Positions 1-9,958 of a stretch of 60,740 nucleotides of DNA are shown here, one piece after another. Below the pieces are notes generated by a model. The model was not told where the DNA came from. It worked only from the letters and a program-made list of their open reading frames with translations, and did no database searches. Source of the stretch: Bacteroidia bacterium (lineage in GTDB: Bacteria; Bacteroidota; Bacteroidia; Bacteroidales; VadinHA17); NCBI GenBank assembly GCA_026391215.1, contig JAPLDX010000133.1, forward strand, positions 1 to 60,740, read 5' to 3'. Each line of letters opens with the position of its first letter. Position 1 is the stretch's first letter. A program made the translations under genes and the position numbers.

Positions 1-1479
1 TTTTTCAGGATCCAGATTCTGATATGCTTTGTGAGGAACGGCGAAAATTACAGCTTCAGCATTAACTAAAGCTTTGTTCAGATCCTGCTCAATATGTATC
101 TCTTTCAGTTTTTCCTGGTTTCTGAAGAATCTCGCCTTGCTTTGTCCGACACCCGGAAAAGTATCCTGCTGTTCAAATTCCCACCAGTGTTCAACATAGG
201 GGTCATGTACACGTATCTCTGCTCCCATCTCTGTAAGCTTCCGGATAACCACCTCAGATCCGCTGTAACGGGTATCTCCGACATCTTCACGATATGCTGC
301 ACCAAGGATCAATATATCAGCTCCGGCGATCGGTTGCCCCATATTTCTTAGCGCATCACGTGTTAGTTGTCCGACATGAAGTCCGCGAGTGTCATTAATA
401 TCAATTGCCAGTGGCGTTATTTTGAAGATATCATCCTCAAAACCAAGAATATGCTTATAAGCCCATAGACCAAGACCACCATCTTTTGGCAGACAATAAC
501 CTCCAATTCCAGGTCCCGGGAATATTATGTTACTATGTGTTGGTCTTACTTTTATTGCTTTTATTACTTTAACAAGATCCACTCCGTTTCTTTCTGCAAA
601 CAGGCTCCATTCATCAAGGAAAGCCAGGATGGTGGCCCTGTAACTGTTTTCAACAATCTTCGCTGTCTCAGATTCAATGGGCCTATCCATAACTGTCAAT
701 GGATATTTGTCTGTGTTAAGAACCTCATTTAGGAATTTTACAACTTTCTCCTTTGCTGTTTCATTTATTCCGCTGCAAACCCTCCAGAAATCACGGATAC
801 TGGCAACATAATTACGTCCCGGCATAACTCTTTCATAACTATGAGCCAGCAAAGGATCGGAATTAATACCTCGTTTTCTGAACACTTTTTTCATTATCGG
901 ATATGCAACCTGCTCTGTAGTACCAGGCGCTACAGTTGTTTCAATAAGTACAAGCGCTCCTGCCGGGATATGCTCAGCAATGACATAAAGAGAAGCCTCC
1001 AGTGCTGCCATATCTGTTTGACCTGTACGCACGTTACCCAGATCCTCTTTCAGATAATCGCACTGCACATCAACTACCACAACGTCAGCCAGTTTCAGAA
1101 CATCGTAAGTATACGTGGCAATAAGTGTCTTTTTCTGATTCACACAACGTTCAATCATAGGGTCCACTTCAGGATCTTCAGCTTTAACAGGTGAAACACC
1201 CCTGTTCAGCAAAGGTATTTTCCAGAAGCTCCGTGCACTTGGACGCTGCATGCCAATGACAAATTTTGAAGGCTGACCTTTCCTGTCAACCGTATCGGCA
1301 ACAATCGCAGCCATTACCGCACCTACAAAGCCTACACCCATCACTACAACAATCTCGCGGTTCCTGGCACGTTCCTGTTCGACTCGCATTTTAAGTTTCT
1401 CAAATTCAGCCTTATAATCCTCTGGTTTCGGTAATGGAAATTTCTCTCCGGTCGGACTTATTGAATAATTCTCATTCAT
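1..1479 (-). CDS. Nucleotide-sugar dehydrogenase (UDP-glucose/GDP-mannose dehydrogenase family), 3' end runs off the window
   Basis: Not in the ORF track because it has no stop inside the window. Manual translation from ATG at 1479 gives MNENYSISPTGEKF..VVVMGVGFVGAVMAA (Rossmann GxGxxG), IETTVAPGTT, ERVMPG, ETAKIVENSYR, GPGIGGYCLPKD (catalytic Cys motif) and GAAYREDVGDTR. Confidence 0.9.
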   Translation of the reverse strand, partial: MNENYSISPTGEKFPLPKPEDYKAEFEKLKMRVEQERARNREIVVVMGVGFVGAVMAAIVADTVDRKGQPSKFVIGMQRPSARSFWKIPLLNRGVSPVKAEDPEVDPMIERCVNQKKTLIATYTYDVLKLADVVVVDVQCDYLKEDLGNVRTGQTDMAALEASLYVIAEHIPAGALVLIETTVAPGTTEQVAYPIMKKVFRKRGINSDPLLAHSYERVMPGRNYVASIRDFWRVCSGINETAKEKVVKFLNEVLNTDKYPLTVMDRPIESETAKIVENSYRATILAFLDEWSLFAERNGVDLVKVIKAIKVRPTHSNIIFPGPGIGGYCLPKDGGLGLWAYKHILGFEDDIFKITPLAIDINDTRGLHVGQLTRDALRNMGQPIAGADILILGAAYREDVGDTRYSGSEVVIRKLTEMGAEIRVHDPYVEHWWEFEQQDTFPGVGQSKARFFRNQEKLKEIHIEQDLNKALVNAEAVIFAVPHKAYQNLDPEK

Positions 1480-1668
1480 ACACAATACTTATTACTTAAA
1501 ATAATTGGCGAAGATAAAAGTTTATAATGGAAATAAAAACGGATGTGATAATAAGTCAGAATTTACAACCAAAAAATCTTGTGTATATTTAGCATTTTCC
1601 GGATAAAAATGTACAATAATGAATTCTTCACAAAAAATACTCTTTACTCCCTGTAAGCCTAGGAAAAC

Positions 1669-3348
1669 ATGAAAAAGAGCGCATATGTATTTCTTTATTT
1701 CTGTGTTTTCTGGATATTAATACCGGGATTGCTGTATTATGCCTCGCTGTTGTTAGACAAGTATTTATTCCCCGGAAGCAGATTAATTGCAGACACTGTC
1801 ATCCCCGGGTATATTCTGGGGATCGCTGGATTCCTTATGCTTCTACTGACATTATTTCAATTTAAGCAATTCAGCGGAGAGTTCCCTGTATCTGCAACAC
1901 CACCAGAAAAAATCATAATGAGAGGTGTTTTTACCGTCTGGAGGCACCCGATCTATCTTTTCGCCTCAGTTATGCTTATTGGTATCGCATTGATAATGAG
2001 ATCAAAAGCCTTGTTAATCATAGTTTCTCCTGTTTTTATCATTATGGTAGTGCTTTATATTATCCGGGAAGAAGCCATACTTATTAAACGCTTTGGCGAT
2101 CAGTATATAAAATACAAAAGAAATGTACCATTTCTGGTTCCCCGCCTGCGTCATTGGCTGACCATACCTGGATTTATCCTGTTAAAATCCAAATTCAGGA
2201 TAAAGGTGCTGAACAGGGAGAACCTGCCATCCTTCCTCCCATTCATAGTCATTTCCGGTCACCGGCATTATCTTGATCCTATAATAATAAATTATGCAAT
2301 ACCAATGCCGCTGACTCAGATAGCAACTTTTGAGATGTTCCGTAGTCCTTTTAACCGCCGGTTATTTACATGGTTCGGGGCTATTCCAAGAAAACGGTTC
2401 TTAAAAGATATGGAAGGAACCCAACGAATATTATCAAAGCTCAGGTCTGGTCATCCCATATGTTTGTTTCCGGAAGGCGGCCGCTCATGGACCGGAAAGA
2501 TAAGGCCATTCAAACCTGAATCCATGAAGCTTATTAAACACTTTAAGGATATCCCGGTTCTTCCAGTCCGCATTGAGGGAAATTACCATTCCTGGCCAAG
2601 ATGGGCAAACCACTTGATGAGATCAGATATTACTGTCACTATTGAAAAACCTGTTTTAATTGATTCTGATGCCTCAATTGATGACCTGGAAAAAACTCTT
2701 AGAGAGCTTGTTGAACCGCGTGAAGAAATTGAGAATGAAAAGATATGCAAGGAGAAAAACAGGATAGAGAATTTATCAAAAGTAATTTACAGGTGCCCGG
2801 TTTGTATGAATTCACATCCGCCAGATGAAATTATTCCTGATTCCTTGTACTGCAATAAATGCAAAACCAGGTTTACTCTCCGGCCCGATTTCAGAATTGA
2901 TTTTACCTGTGGAAATATTGAAAAAATTGAGTCAATACACAATCTCTATAATCGCATAAAAATCATATATTCTGATATTTACAATATACTATCTGAAGAT
3001 TTGATTAACCTATATTCCGATTATCTGGATCAGGAAGAAAAACTGATATATCTATCACCCTGCCAGCTCTGGACCGAAACAAAAGATATCTTCGAAATAT
3101 CAATAAAAGGTACCTGTTTAGTGAGTGATAAATCGGTTACTGTCATTGACAAAAAGGAAAAACTGACAATTCCTCTTAAGGATATTGGAGCCGTAACCAT
3201 TGAGAGCAATTATAAGCTTCAGATATATAATGAGGTCAAAGAAGTTCTTTACCAGTTGACTTTCAATGAAGATAGTGCCCTTAAGTACCAGGACCTTCTT
3301 GAAGTCACAATAAGAGAATTATTTAAAAAACAGATCATTACAAGATAA
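1669..3348 (+). CDS. Fusion of a PEMT/ICMT-like membrane methyltransferase domain and a PlsC-type lysophospholipid acyltransferase, with a Cys-rich ribbon in the C-terminal part
   Basis: N-terminus has hydrophobic helices plus GVFTVWRHPIY..REEAILIKRFGDQYIKYKRNVP. Middle has HRHYLD (HX4D) and LFPEGGRS. C-terminal part has CPVC..CNKC. Confidence 0.8.
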   Translation: MKKSAYVFLYFCVFWILIPGLLYYASLLLDKYLFPGSRLIADTVIPGYILGIAGFLMLLLTLFQFKQFSGEFPVSATPPEKIIMRGVFTVWRHPIYLFASVMLIGIALIMRSKALLIIVSPVFIIMVVLYIIREEAILIKRFGDQYIKYKRNVPFLVPRLRHWLTIPGFILLKSKFRIKVLNRENLPSFLPFIVISGHRHYLDPIIINYAIPMPLTQIATFEMFRSPFNRRLFTWFGAIPRKRFLKDMEGTQRILSKLRSGHPICLFPEGGRSWTGKIRPFKPESMKLIKHFKDIPVLPVRIEGNYHSWPRWANHLMRSDITVTIEKPVLIDSDASIDDLEKTLRELVEPREEIENEKICKEKNRIENLSKVIYRCPVCMNSHPPDEIIPDSLYCNKCKTRFTLRPDFRIDFTCGNIEKIESIHNLYNRIKIIYSDIYNILSEDLINLYSDYLDQEEKLIYLSPCQLWTETKDIFEISIKGTCLVSDKSVTVIDKKEKLTIPLKDIGAVTIESNYKLQIYNEVKEVLYQLTFNEDSALKYQDLLEVTIRELFKKQIITR

Positions 3349-3356
3349 TTAAACAC

Positions 3357-4346
3357 ATGAAGTTATCTGGATTCAATAAAATATTCTTTGATGTTGTTAC
3401 TGAAAAAAGGGAGTATCTTATTTTTTACATCTCAATACTTAAGGTCCGCAGGTGTTATCTTACATTTTTACAGTCTCAGTGGTCAGTCCCTTGTTCATCA
3501 GGGATTTATTTATCCCAGTTCAACATTACCTCAAAAATCAAACTTCTCAATATCTGCGAAAATGAAATTGCCTTTGTGGAGGGGAGAATAGTAATTGAAG
3601 ATGACAATACCAATGTTAAATTATCAACCCCTTTACTGGAAATAGATTTGAATTATGTGAATGTCAGTCTGTCTTCCAATCAGATGACTGACATGGTAGT
3701 GGATATTTCAGGACATAATATTCTCAGCTGGAGACCCATTTATCTTAAGAGTAAAGTCACTGGCAGTTTCAAAGCAAACGGAAGCAATGTAAACGTTATT
3801 GACTCTTATGGTTATTCTGACCTTGTCAGAATAAGAAATATTCCTCTTAAGGTTCCTGTCAGCAGGCTTTTGTGGGGTCGTCTTCATTCAGGGAATATTG
3901 ACCTTACTTTTTCTTTGATTATCAACAGGAATAAAAGCTCAGATTCAAAGCTGTTTCTTTCCGTGGATGACAAATCAATGGAATTTTCAAATCTGAGTCT
4001 TTCTGTTAGGGAAGAAACAGCATATTCCAGGTTATCAATCATTTATCCTTCCATATACTATATAAATGTGAAAGATAAAGACAAGGAGATTTCACTGGAA
4101 ATATATGATCAGAATGCTGTAATCATTAATGAATTCATGGATGTCAAAAATCAGGCAGGCTCATTAATGTCCTCCCTGGCCAGACATATTTCAGGGGATC
4201 CAAAAGGTATAAAATTCATGGCTAAAGCAAATGTTATCTTTAAGAATAATTTGGTAATTAAAGAGTTCCATGGTTTGCCCATGATCAGTGAATATGTCTG
4301 TTTTTATCAGGCTTCCCCACCTTATTTCTTCCAGCGTTCCAGCTGA
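3357..4346 (+). CDS. Hypothetical beta-rich protein (possibly tocopherol-cyclase/lipocalin-like), co-transcribed with the acyltransferase fusion
   Basis: 329-aa ORF 8 bp after the previous stop. GYSD and WGRLH motifs suggest this fold, but the assignment is weak. Confidence 0.45.
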   Translation: MKLSGFNKIFFDVVTEKREYLIFYISILKVRRCYLTFLQSQWSVPCSSGIYLSQFNITSKIKLLNICENEIAFVEGRIVIEDDNTNVKLSTPLLEIDLNYVNVSLSSNQMTDMVVDISGHNILSWRPIYLKSKVTGSFKANGSNVNVIDSYGYSDLVRIRNIPLKVPVSRLLWGRLHSGNIDLTFSLIINRNKSSDSKLFLSVDDKSMEFSNLSLSVREETAYSRLSIIYPSIYYINVKDKDKEISLEIYDQNAVIINEFMDVKNQAGSLMSSLARHISGDPKGIKFMAKANVIFKNNLVIKEFHGLPMISEYVCFYQASPPYFFQRSS

Positions 4347-4585
4347 GAAATGTGTGAAGTATAAAACCATCTTTTTAAAGGCCCGTAATTCATCTCTTTA
4401 AGTTTGCCTTTAACCAAAGCTATCATTTCAGACGGCTTGGTAAAAGTATCTTTGAATTTGCCTTCCTGATAGCAATAACTACAGTATTTCTGTGTTTTTG
4501 AACCGTCAGCATTTGTCCCTCCGTTTCCCGGATCCTTTTCCATTGGCATTCCGCAACTCTGGCAGAACTTGTCGAATTTTCCCAT
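4322..4585 (-). CDS. Small zinc-ribbon protein (FCQSCGMP family)
   Basis: FCQSCGMPM..GTNADGS...YCSYCY and a C-terminal LERWK. Confidence 0.85.
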   Translation of the reverse strand: MGKFDKFCQSCGMPMEKDPGNGGTNADGSKTQKYCSYCYQEGKFKDTFTKPSEMIALVKGKLKEMNYGPLKRWFYTSHISQLERWKK

Positions 4586-4596
4586 AATAGTTACTT

Positions 4597-4613
4597 TGAT
4601 TAGAAATTAATCA
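4597..4613. promoter_or_regulatory. Operator TGATTA-N5-TAATCA, candidate site of the XRE-S24 repressor
   Basis: TGATTAGAAATTAATCA is the exact reverse complement of the site at 8639-8655 and lies 11 bp upstream of the zinc-ribbon start. Confidence 0.65.
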
Positions 4614-4744
4614 TAATTTTCATTAAAAATTTAATTATTAATTCTGAATAAGTCAAGTATTTTTATAAAAATTTTAAAATTAATATCTTAGATACCTATT
4701 ATTAATATTACTTAACTTTTAATGCTCATAAAATCTTTTGTTTA

Positions 4745-5410
4745 ATGGAACAGATTAATAAGTCAACCCTTGAATTACTGTCAGACCTGAAGAAGCATAA
4801 TGACAGGGACTGGTTTTTAAAGAACCGTAACAGATACCTTGAGGCAAAGCTGAATTATGAATCATTCATCCAGGCAGTTATCAATGGAATTTCAGCCTTT
4901 GATCCGATTCTTAAAGATCTTGAGGCAAAAAGCTGTACCTACAGGATCAACCGTGATATAAGGTTCTCCAATGATAAGACTCTGTATAAGACCCATCTCG
5001 GGGCATTTATTGTCAAAGGAGGAAAACAGAACGGTGACAGGTATGCAGGATATTATGTTCATGTGGAGCCGGGGAACAACAGCATGATAGCAGGCGGAGC
5101 CTATATTCCGCCCTCTCCATGGCTGAAGCTAATCAGGGAGAAAATTGATGAGCAGGGAGATAAGTTCCTGAAAATAATTGAAAATAAAGAGTTTGTAAAA
5201 ATTTTCGGACAGCTGGAGGGAGAAAAACTGAAAACAGCTCCCAAAGGATTCCCAAAAGATCATCCTAACATTGAATTTCTGAAGCTTAAAAGCTACCTTG
5301 TAACAAGAATGATTTCAGACAAGGAGATCATTGGTAAAGATTGCTTTGACCTTATTATCAGGGCATCAAAGGCAATGAAGCCTCTGAATGACTTCCTGAA
5401 TGATTACTAA
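4745..5410 (+). CDS. DUF2461 (TIGR02453) family protein
   Basis: LKKHNDRDWF, YRINRDIRFSNDKTLYK, GYYVHVEPG and LKTAPKGFPKDHP motifs. Confidence 0.85.
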   Translation: MEQINKSTLELLSDLKKHNDRDWFLKNRNRYLEAKLNYESFIQAVINGISAFDPILKDLEAKSCTYRINRDIRFSNDKTLYKTHLGAFIVKGGKQNGDRYAGYYVHVEPGNNSMIAGGAYIPPSPWLKLIREKIDEQGDKFLKIIENKEFVKIFGQLEGEKLKTAPKGFPKDHPNIEFLKLKSYLVTRMISDKEIIGKDCFDLIIRASKAMKPLNDFLNDY

Positions 5411-5422
5411 TCATACCACCAG

Positions 5423-6436
5423 ATGACCGGATTGGAACGTACCCTCGGTTTTCTGAACAGGGAGCCTGTTGACAGGCCTCCCTTCCATCCTATTATCATG
5501 CGCTGGGCCGCTAAATATGCGGGAATTAAGTACCGGAATTTTTGTCTTAATCCTCTTGATAAATGTAAAGGTATGATACGGTGTGCCAGGGATTTTGATA
5601 TTGACTGGGTAACAGTAATGTCTGATCCCTGGGCCGAAGCTTCAGCTTTCGGTATCCAGGTAGAATACCCTGAAGACAGTCTGCCGGTTGATAAGGGCGG
5701 ACATCTGCCTGATGCTTCAACTGCTTCCCTCCTCCCGCACTATAATCCATTGAAAAATGTACGCTGTAAAAACAGAATAGTCGAGATAGAGGAATTCAGG
5801 AAACAGGTTGGAAATGAGAAATTCATTGTTGGCTGGGTAGAGGGTCCCGTTGCCGAGTATGTCGACCTCAGGGGTGCTTCCAATGCATCGGTGGATCTTC
5901 TGCTGGAACCGGAAGTTGTGGAAAGGACAATGGATACAATCATCGAATGTGCAATGGAGTTTATAACTCTTCAGATAAAAGCAGGCGCCCATTGTATAGG
6001 GATTGGCGATGCTTTTTGCTCACAGATAGGTCCTGAGCTGTATTATAAATATGCATTTGAAAGACAGAAGAAACTGGTTGACCATATTCATTCGGAAGGT
6101 ACTGCAGCCAAGCTTCACATTTGCGGTGATACCGGATCAATACTGGAAGGAATGATCCGTACCGGCACTGATATTATTGATATTGATCACCTTGTTCCCT
6201 CACTCCGGCCATTTGCCTCATTATTAACCGGAAATCAGGTCTTCTCAGGGAAGAGCGATCCTGTTACTGTAATTCAGGACGGATCAGCTGATTTAATAAA
6301 ACAGTCAGTTATGACAGATTATAAAGACTCAAATGGAAGGTGTATTGTTTCAGCCGGCTGTGAGATAACCCCCGGAACCACCATTAAAAACATGATCTCT
6401 TTCAGAAATGCTGATCTTCCTTACAGGATCACATAG
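5423..6436 (+). CDS. Uroporphyrinogen decarboxylase-family protein (MtaA/CmuA-like methyltransferase)
   Basis: EASAFG, VGWVEGP, LHICG (Zn ligands) and SAGCEI motifs. Confidence 0.8.
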   Translation: MTGLERTLGFLNREPVDRPPFHPIIMRWAAKYAGIKYRNFCLNPLDKCKGMIRCARDFDIDWVTVMSDPWAEASAFGIQVEYPEDSLPVDKGGHLPDASTASLLPHYNPLKNVRCKNRIVEIEEFRKQVGNEKFIVGWVEGPVAEYVDLRGASNASVDLLLEPEVVERTMDTIIECAMEFITLQIKAGAHCIGIGDAFCSQIGPELYYKYAFERQKKLVDHIHSEGTAAKLHICGDTGSILEGMIRTGTDIIDIDHLVPSLRPFASLLTGNQVFSGKSDPVTVIQDGSADLIKQSVMTDYKDSNGRCIVSAGCEITPGTTIKNMISFRNADLPYRIT

Positions 6437-7086
6437 AAGAATATCGCAATGAAATGTGAAACACTACCTCCAATGACCATCAGATGCCACAACAGATGAT
6501 GGTACCGGAACTTTACAACTCTGAAGAAGATTATCCCGAGCGTATAGAAGAGCCCTCCGATAATGATCCAAAAATAGCACATGAATGGAGCAGATCTCAT
6601 TACTGGTCCGGAGAAGAATATGACAAGCCATCCCATCAGGACATATATGAGGATATCAACAAAGGAAACCCCATTTTCAAATCTGTTTGATTTCATCAAT
6701 AAACGGGTAATTCCTATTATTGCCAGGCCCCATTCGATGCCGAATACTACCCAGCCCATGGGGCCATGGAGAACGATAAGAGCAAGAGGAGTATAAGTGC
6801 CTGCTATAAGCACAAAAATTGCAGATCTGTCAAAGATAAAAAACCGCTCCTTGGCATTTCCTGCCCTGAGCCAGTGAGTAATGGTTGATGAAAGATATAG
6901 GAATATCATGGAAGTCCCGAATACTGCGCTGCTGACAATGTGCCATGCATTTCCCCTCAATGCTGAATATACTATCATCAGCACAAGTGCGGCTGTTGAA
7001 AGCAATGTTCCTGCGAGATGCGACAGGGCATTTGCCAGATCCTCGCTGGCCGTGAACCTGTTGTTGGTTGAAATAGATGTAGTCAT
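6421..7086 (-). CDS. Hemolysin III / PAQR family membrane protein
   Basis: EDLANALSH, SSTITH, DRSAIFVLIAGTYTP and HHLLWHLMV motifs; about 7 TM helices. Confidence 0.9.
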   Translation of the reverse strand: MTTSISTNNRFTASEDLANALSHLAGTLLSTAALVLMIVYSALRGNAWHIVSSAVFGTSMIFLYLSSTITHWLRAGNAKERFFIFDRSAIFVLIAGTYTPLALIVLHGPMGWVVFGIEWGLAIIGITRLLMKSNRFENGVSFVDILIYVLMGWLVIFFSGPVMRSAPFMCYFWIIIGGLFYTLGIIFFRVVKFRYHHLLWHLMVIGGSVSHFIAIFFYVIL

Positions 7087-7224
7087 AATCTTTACTTTCG
7101 TCAGTTTTTCGACTGAATATTAGATTCAGTCTGCAAATATATTACTGAAAACTCTAATTCCTGAATAAAATTTGATTATCATAAAAAATTCATATATTTC
7201 GTTCTCAAATATAAAAAGACAAAC

Positions 7225-7761
7225 ATGAAAAAGCTGATTTTCGCACTTCTATTTACCTCTGTAGCAATTACTTATACAGTTGGGCAAACTGCCAAACTTG
7301 AAATAGGCATGAAAGCACCGGCATGGACATTCACCGATGCTGATAAAAAGGAATTTACAATGAATTCCTGGGCAGGCAAGGTTCTGCAGATCAATTATGT
7401 TGATCCGGATGTATCAGATCTGAATGATCCTTTCAATGATTACATTGACAAAGCTGCTGATATTGACAAAAGGATAAACAAGGATTTCTTCAAGGGAATG
7501 GGAATCGTTGACTGTAAATCTACCTGGAAGCCCAACGGACTGATCAGAATGATTGCCGGCAATAAGGCAAAGAAGTATGATACGACCATTCTGTTTGATT
7601 ATGACGGGATTCTTCAGAAGGACTGGGGAATGCCGGAAGACAACTATACAGTGGTCATTGTGGATAAGAATAGAGTTGTAAGGGCAAAATATGAAGGTGA
7701 GGTTCCCTCATCTGAATTTGAAAAGGTCGTTCAGCTTCTAATAGAACTAACCAAGGAATAA
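7225..7761 (+). CDS. YtfJ-family exported thioredoxin-like protein
   Basis: Signal peptide, WAGKVLQINYVDPD, ILFDYDG..QKDWG, VVIVDKN. Confidence 0.7.
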   Translation: MKKLIFALLFTSVAITYTVGQTAKLEIGMKAPAWTFTDADKKEFTMNSWAGKVLQINYVDPDVSDLNDPFNDYIDKAADIDKRINKDFFKGMGIVDCKSTWKPNGLIRMIAGNKAKKYDTTILFDYDGILQKDWGMPEDNYTVVIVDKNRVVRAKYEGEVPSSEFEKVVQLLIELTKE

Positions 7762-7778
7762 CAGATAGTTTCTGATAC

Positions 7779-8606
7779 TTAGTTTACCTCGCTGGCATCG
7801 GAAATATCACTGCCAAGTCTGGCTTTTATTCTTTGCAGGTCGTTTTTCATTGAAGCAACTGCCTGGATGAGCTGTTTTTCAGGCAGGACAGGATCAGGAA
7901 GTTCGTTGCTTATGTAGTTGACGAATTTCCATATTTCCTTTACTTCATTAATATGGACCTCGTATGGTTCATAGATTGGATTTAGGGAATAGAGAACAAG
8001 TTTTCCGTCATTCTTAAGGTTATTTTCAACAACCTTAAAGACAATACCATCATTAATTGTGAAAACGACGTAAGCCTTCCCGCTGATTATTTCGCGCCAG
8101 TCCTGCACAAACTCGCCGGTCACCCATGAACCGTCGGGTATCGGAAGCATTGAGTCGCCCTTGAGCTGAAAAGTCCTGTATTTTCTTTTTTCCGATAGAA
8201 ACGGGAGCCTGAACCTTGGAAGCTCCTCAATATATTCAGGATCAGCATAACCAGTTGCATATCCAGCTTTTGCTTTCTCCGGCACCAGTTCAATGTTTTC
8301 CACATTATCAGCACTGACGGTTGTGGTCAGCACCCTGAGGTTGCTTCCTTTTACATAGGCATCATACCCCCTTTCCAGTTCACCAAGCTGGCTTTCCGAT
8401 AGTTTTGAAATATCGATCTTCAGCAATGTGTCAATTGACAGGTTGAAGTATCGGGAAAATGAGACCAGGATTTCGATACCCGGCTGGGCTACACCGTTCT
8501 CATACCCGCTCAGGGTGGAACGTTTAAGGTTAAGGGCAACAGCAACATCATCCTGTGTTCTGCCCCTTCTTTTTCTTAAAAATTTTATGTTGGAAGTGAA
8601 GTACAT
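7779..8606 (-). CDS. XRE-HTH + S24 autopeptidase repressor (Bacteroidota LexA-like)
   Basis: N-terminal XRE HTH (IKFLRKRRGRTQDDVA..RSTLSGYENG), Ala-Gly cleavage site AKAGY, GDSM (Ser) and VFK (Lys). Divergent from dinB-dnaE2. Confidence 0.9.
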   Translation of the reverse strand: MYFTSNIKFLRKRRGRTQDDVAVALNLKRSTLSGYENGVAQPGIEILVSFSRYFNLSIDTLLKIDISKLSESQLGELERGYDAYVKGSNLRVLTTTVSADNVENIELVPEKAKAGYATGYADPEYIEELPRFRLPFLSEKRKYRTFQLKGDSMLPIPDGSWVTGEFVQDWREIISGKAYVVFTINDGIVFKVVENNLKNDGKLVLYSLNPIYEPYEVHINEVKEIWKFVNYISNELPDPVLPEKQLIQAVASMKNDLQRIKARLGSDISDASEVN

Positions 8607-8615
8607 AATAAAAAT

Positions 8616-8655
8616 TGATTATATTGTAATCATAGAATTGATTAATTTCTAATCA
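8616..8655. promoter_or_regulatory. Two tandem TGATTA-N5-TAATCA operators in the repressor/dinB divergent promoter
   Basis: TGATTATATTGTAATCA (8616-8632) and TGATTAATTTCTAATCA (8639-8655), 23 bp apart. Confidence 0.75.
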
Positions 8656-8716
8656 AAACTAAAACATATTTGTTATATAAACAAGAAAAAGCAAAAAAAT
8701 TTTCATTGCGGGTAAC

Positions 8717-9958
8717 ATAGAGAGATCCGTCCTGCATCTTGACCTCGACACTTTTTTTGTATCTGTGGAGAGGTTGAAGAACAGCAGGCTCAACGGCAAG
8801 CCGGTGATAATAGGCGGCATGTCGGATCGCGGTGTAGTGTCGAGCTGCAGCTATGAGGCCAGAAAATACGGAGTAAACTCCGCCATGCCCATGAGGATGG
8901 CCAGGAACATGTGTCCCGATGCCATAATAATACGCGGCGACATGGAGTCGTACAGCAAGTATTCACACATGGTTACCGATATAATTGCCGAAAGAGCGCC
9001 GCTTTATGAGAAGTCTTCGATTGATGAGCATTATATCGACATCACCGGTATGGATCGCTTTTACGGGTGCAGTAAATGGTCGCATGAGCTGCGCCAGCAT
9101 ATAATAAAGGAGACCGGGCTGCCAATTTCAACAGGGCTTTCCATAAACAAAACCGTTTCAAAGATAGCTACCGGCGAGGCAAAGCCGAACGGCGAGATAG
9201 AGGTACAAAAAGAGATAGTACTCCCCTTTCTTGACCCGCTGTCGATAGGCAAGATACCGATGATCGGCCAGAAAACATATCATGTGCTCCGGTCAATGGG
9301 CATAGCAACCATATACACCCTGAGGAATATCCCTGCAGAGATGCTTGAAAAGCTGATGGGCAAAAACGGCATCGAGGTGTGGAAAAGAGCCAATGGAATA
9401 GATTCCACTCCCGTGATAAGTTATTCGGAGCAGAAATCCATAAGCACCGAACATACATTTGAAAAAGACACCACCGATATGGCACGACTCAACCAGCTGC
9501 TGGTGAGCATGGTGGAAAAGATTGCCTACGATATGAGAAAGCAGGAAAAACTGACCTCCTGCGTCACTGTGAAAATAAGGTATTCAAATTTTGATACGCA
9601 TACCCTGCAGAAAAGGATCCCCTATACGGCTTTCGATCACGTACTTGCAGAGATCGCCAAGGAACTGTTTGCCAGGCTGTACCAGAGACGCATGCTTATC
9701 AGGCTTATCGGTGTAAGGTTCAGCCACCTGGTACAGGGAGTCCAGCAACTCGACCTGTTCGATGACACTCCTGAAAAAGTAAGCCTTTACATGGCCATGG
9801 ATAAGCTCAGAAGGCGTTTCGGGCGGGATACGGTACGGAGAGCTGCCGGGGTGATGACCAGCAGCGAAAGAGAGGAAAAAGCCCTTAAACAGCTTGAAAA
9901 TGCGGTTTGCGAACGGAAAATGATGGAGGAACGGCTGAGGGGTTATTATGTATCTTAA
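8717..9958 (+). CDS. dinB: Y-family DNA polymerase IV; true start lies upstream of the ORF-track GTG (8765), probably a non-AUG codon
   Basis: In-frame upstream sequence reads I(ATA 8717)ERSVLHLDLDTFFVSVE, which holds the catalytic motif. Also SYEARKYGV, SIDE and KIRY motifs. An in-frame TAA at 8678 bounds the ORF. Confidence 0.9.
   Translation: MERSVLHLDLDTFFVSVERLKNSRLNGKPVIIGGMSDRGVVSSCSYEARKYGVNSAMPMRMARNMCPDAIIIRGDMESYSKYSHMVTDIIAERAPLYEKSSIDEHYIDITGMDRFYGCSKWSHELRQHIIKETGLPISTGLSINKTVSKIATGEAKPNGEIEVQKEIVLPFLDPLSIGKIPMIGQKTYHVLRSMGIATIYTLRNIPAEMLEKLMGKNGIEVWKRANGIDSTPVISYSEQKSISTEHTFEKDTTDMARLNQLLVSMVEKIAYDMRKQEKLTSCVTVKIRYSNFDTHTLQKRIPYTAFDHVLAEIAKELFARLYQRRMLIRLIGVRFSHLVQGVQQLDLFDDTPEKVSLYMAMDKLRRRFGRDTVRRAAGVMTSSEREEKALKQLENAVCERKMMEERLRGYYVS

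Noticed and set aside
94-1194. Short ORF-track ORFs at 94, 105, 535 and 841
   Set aside because: They are shadow frames of the nucleotide-sugar dehydrogenase. The same applies to most short antisense ORFs in the track.
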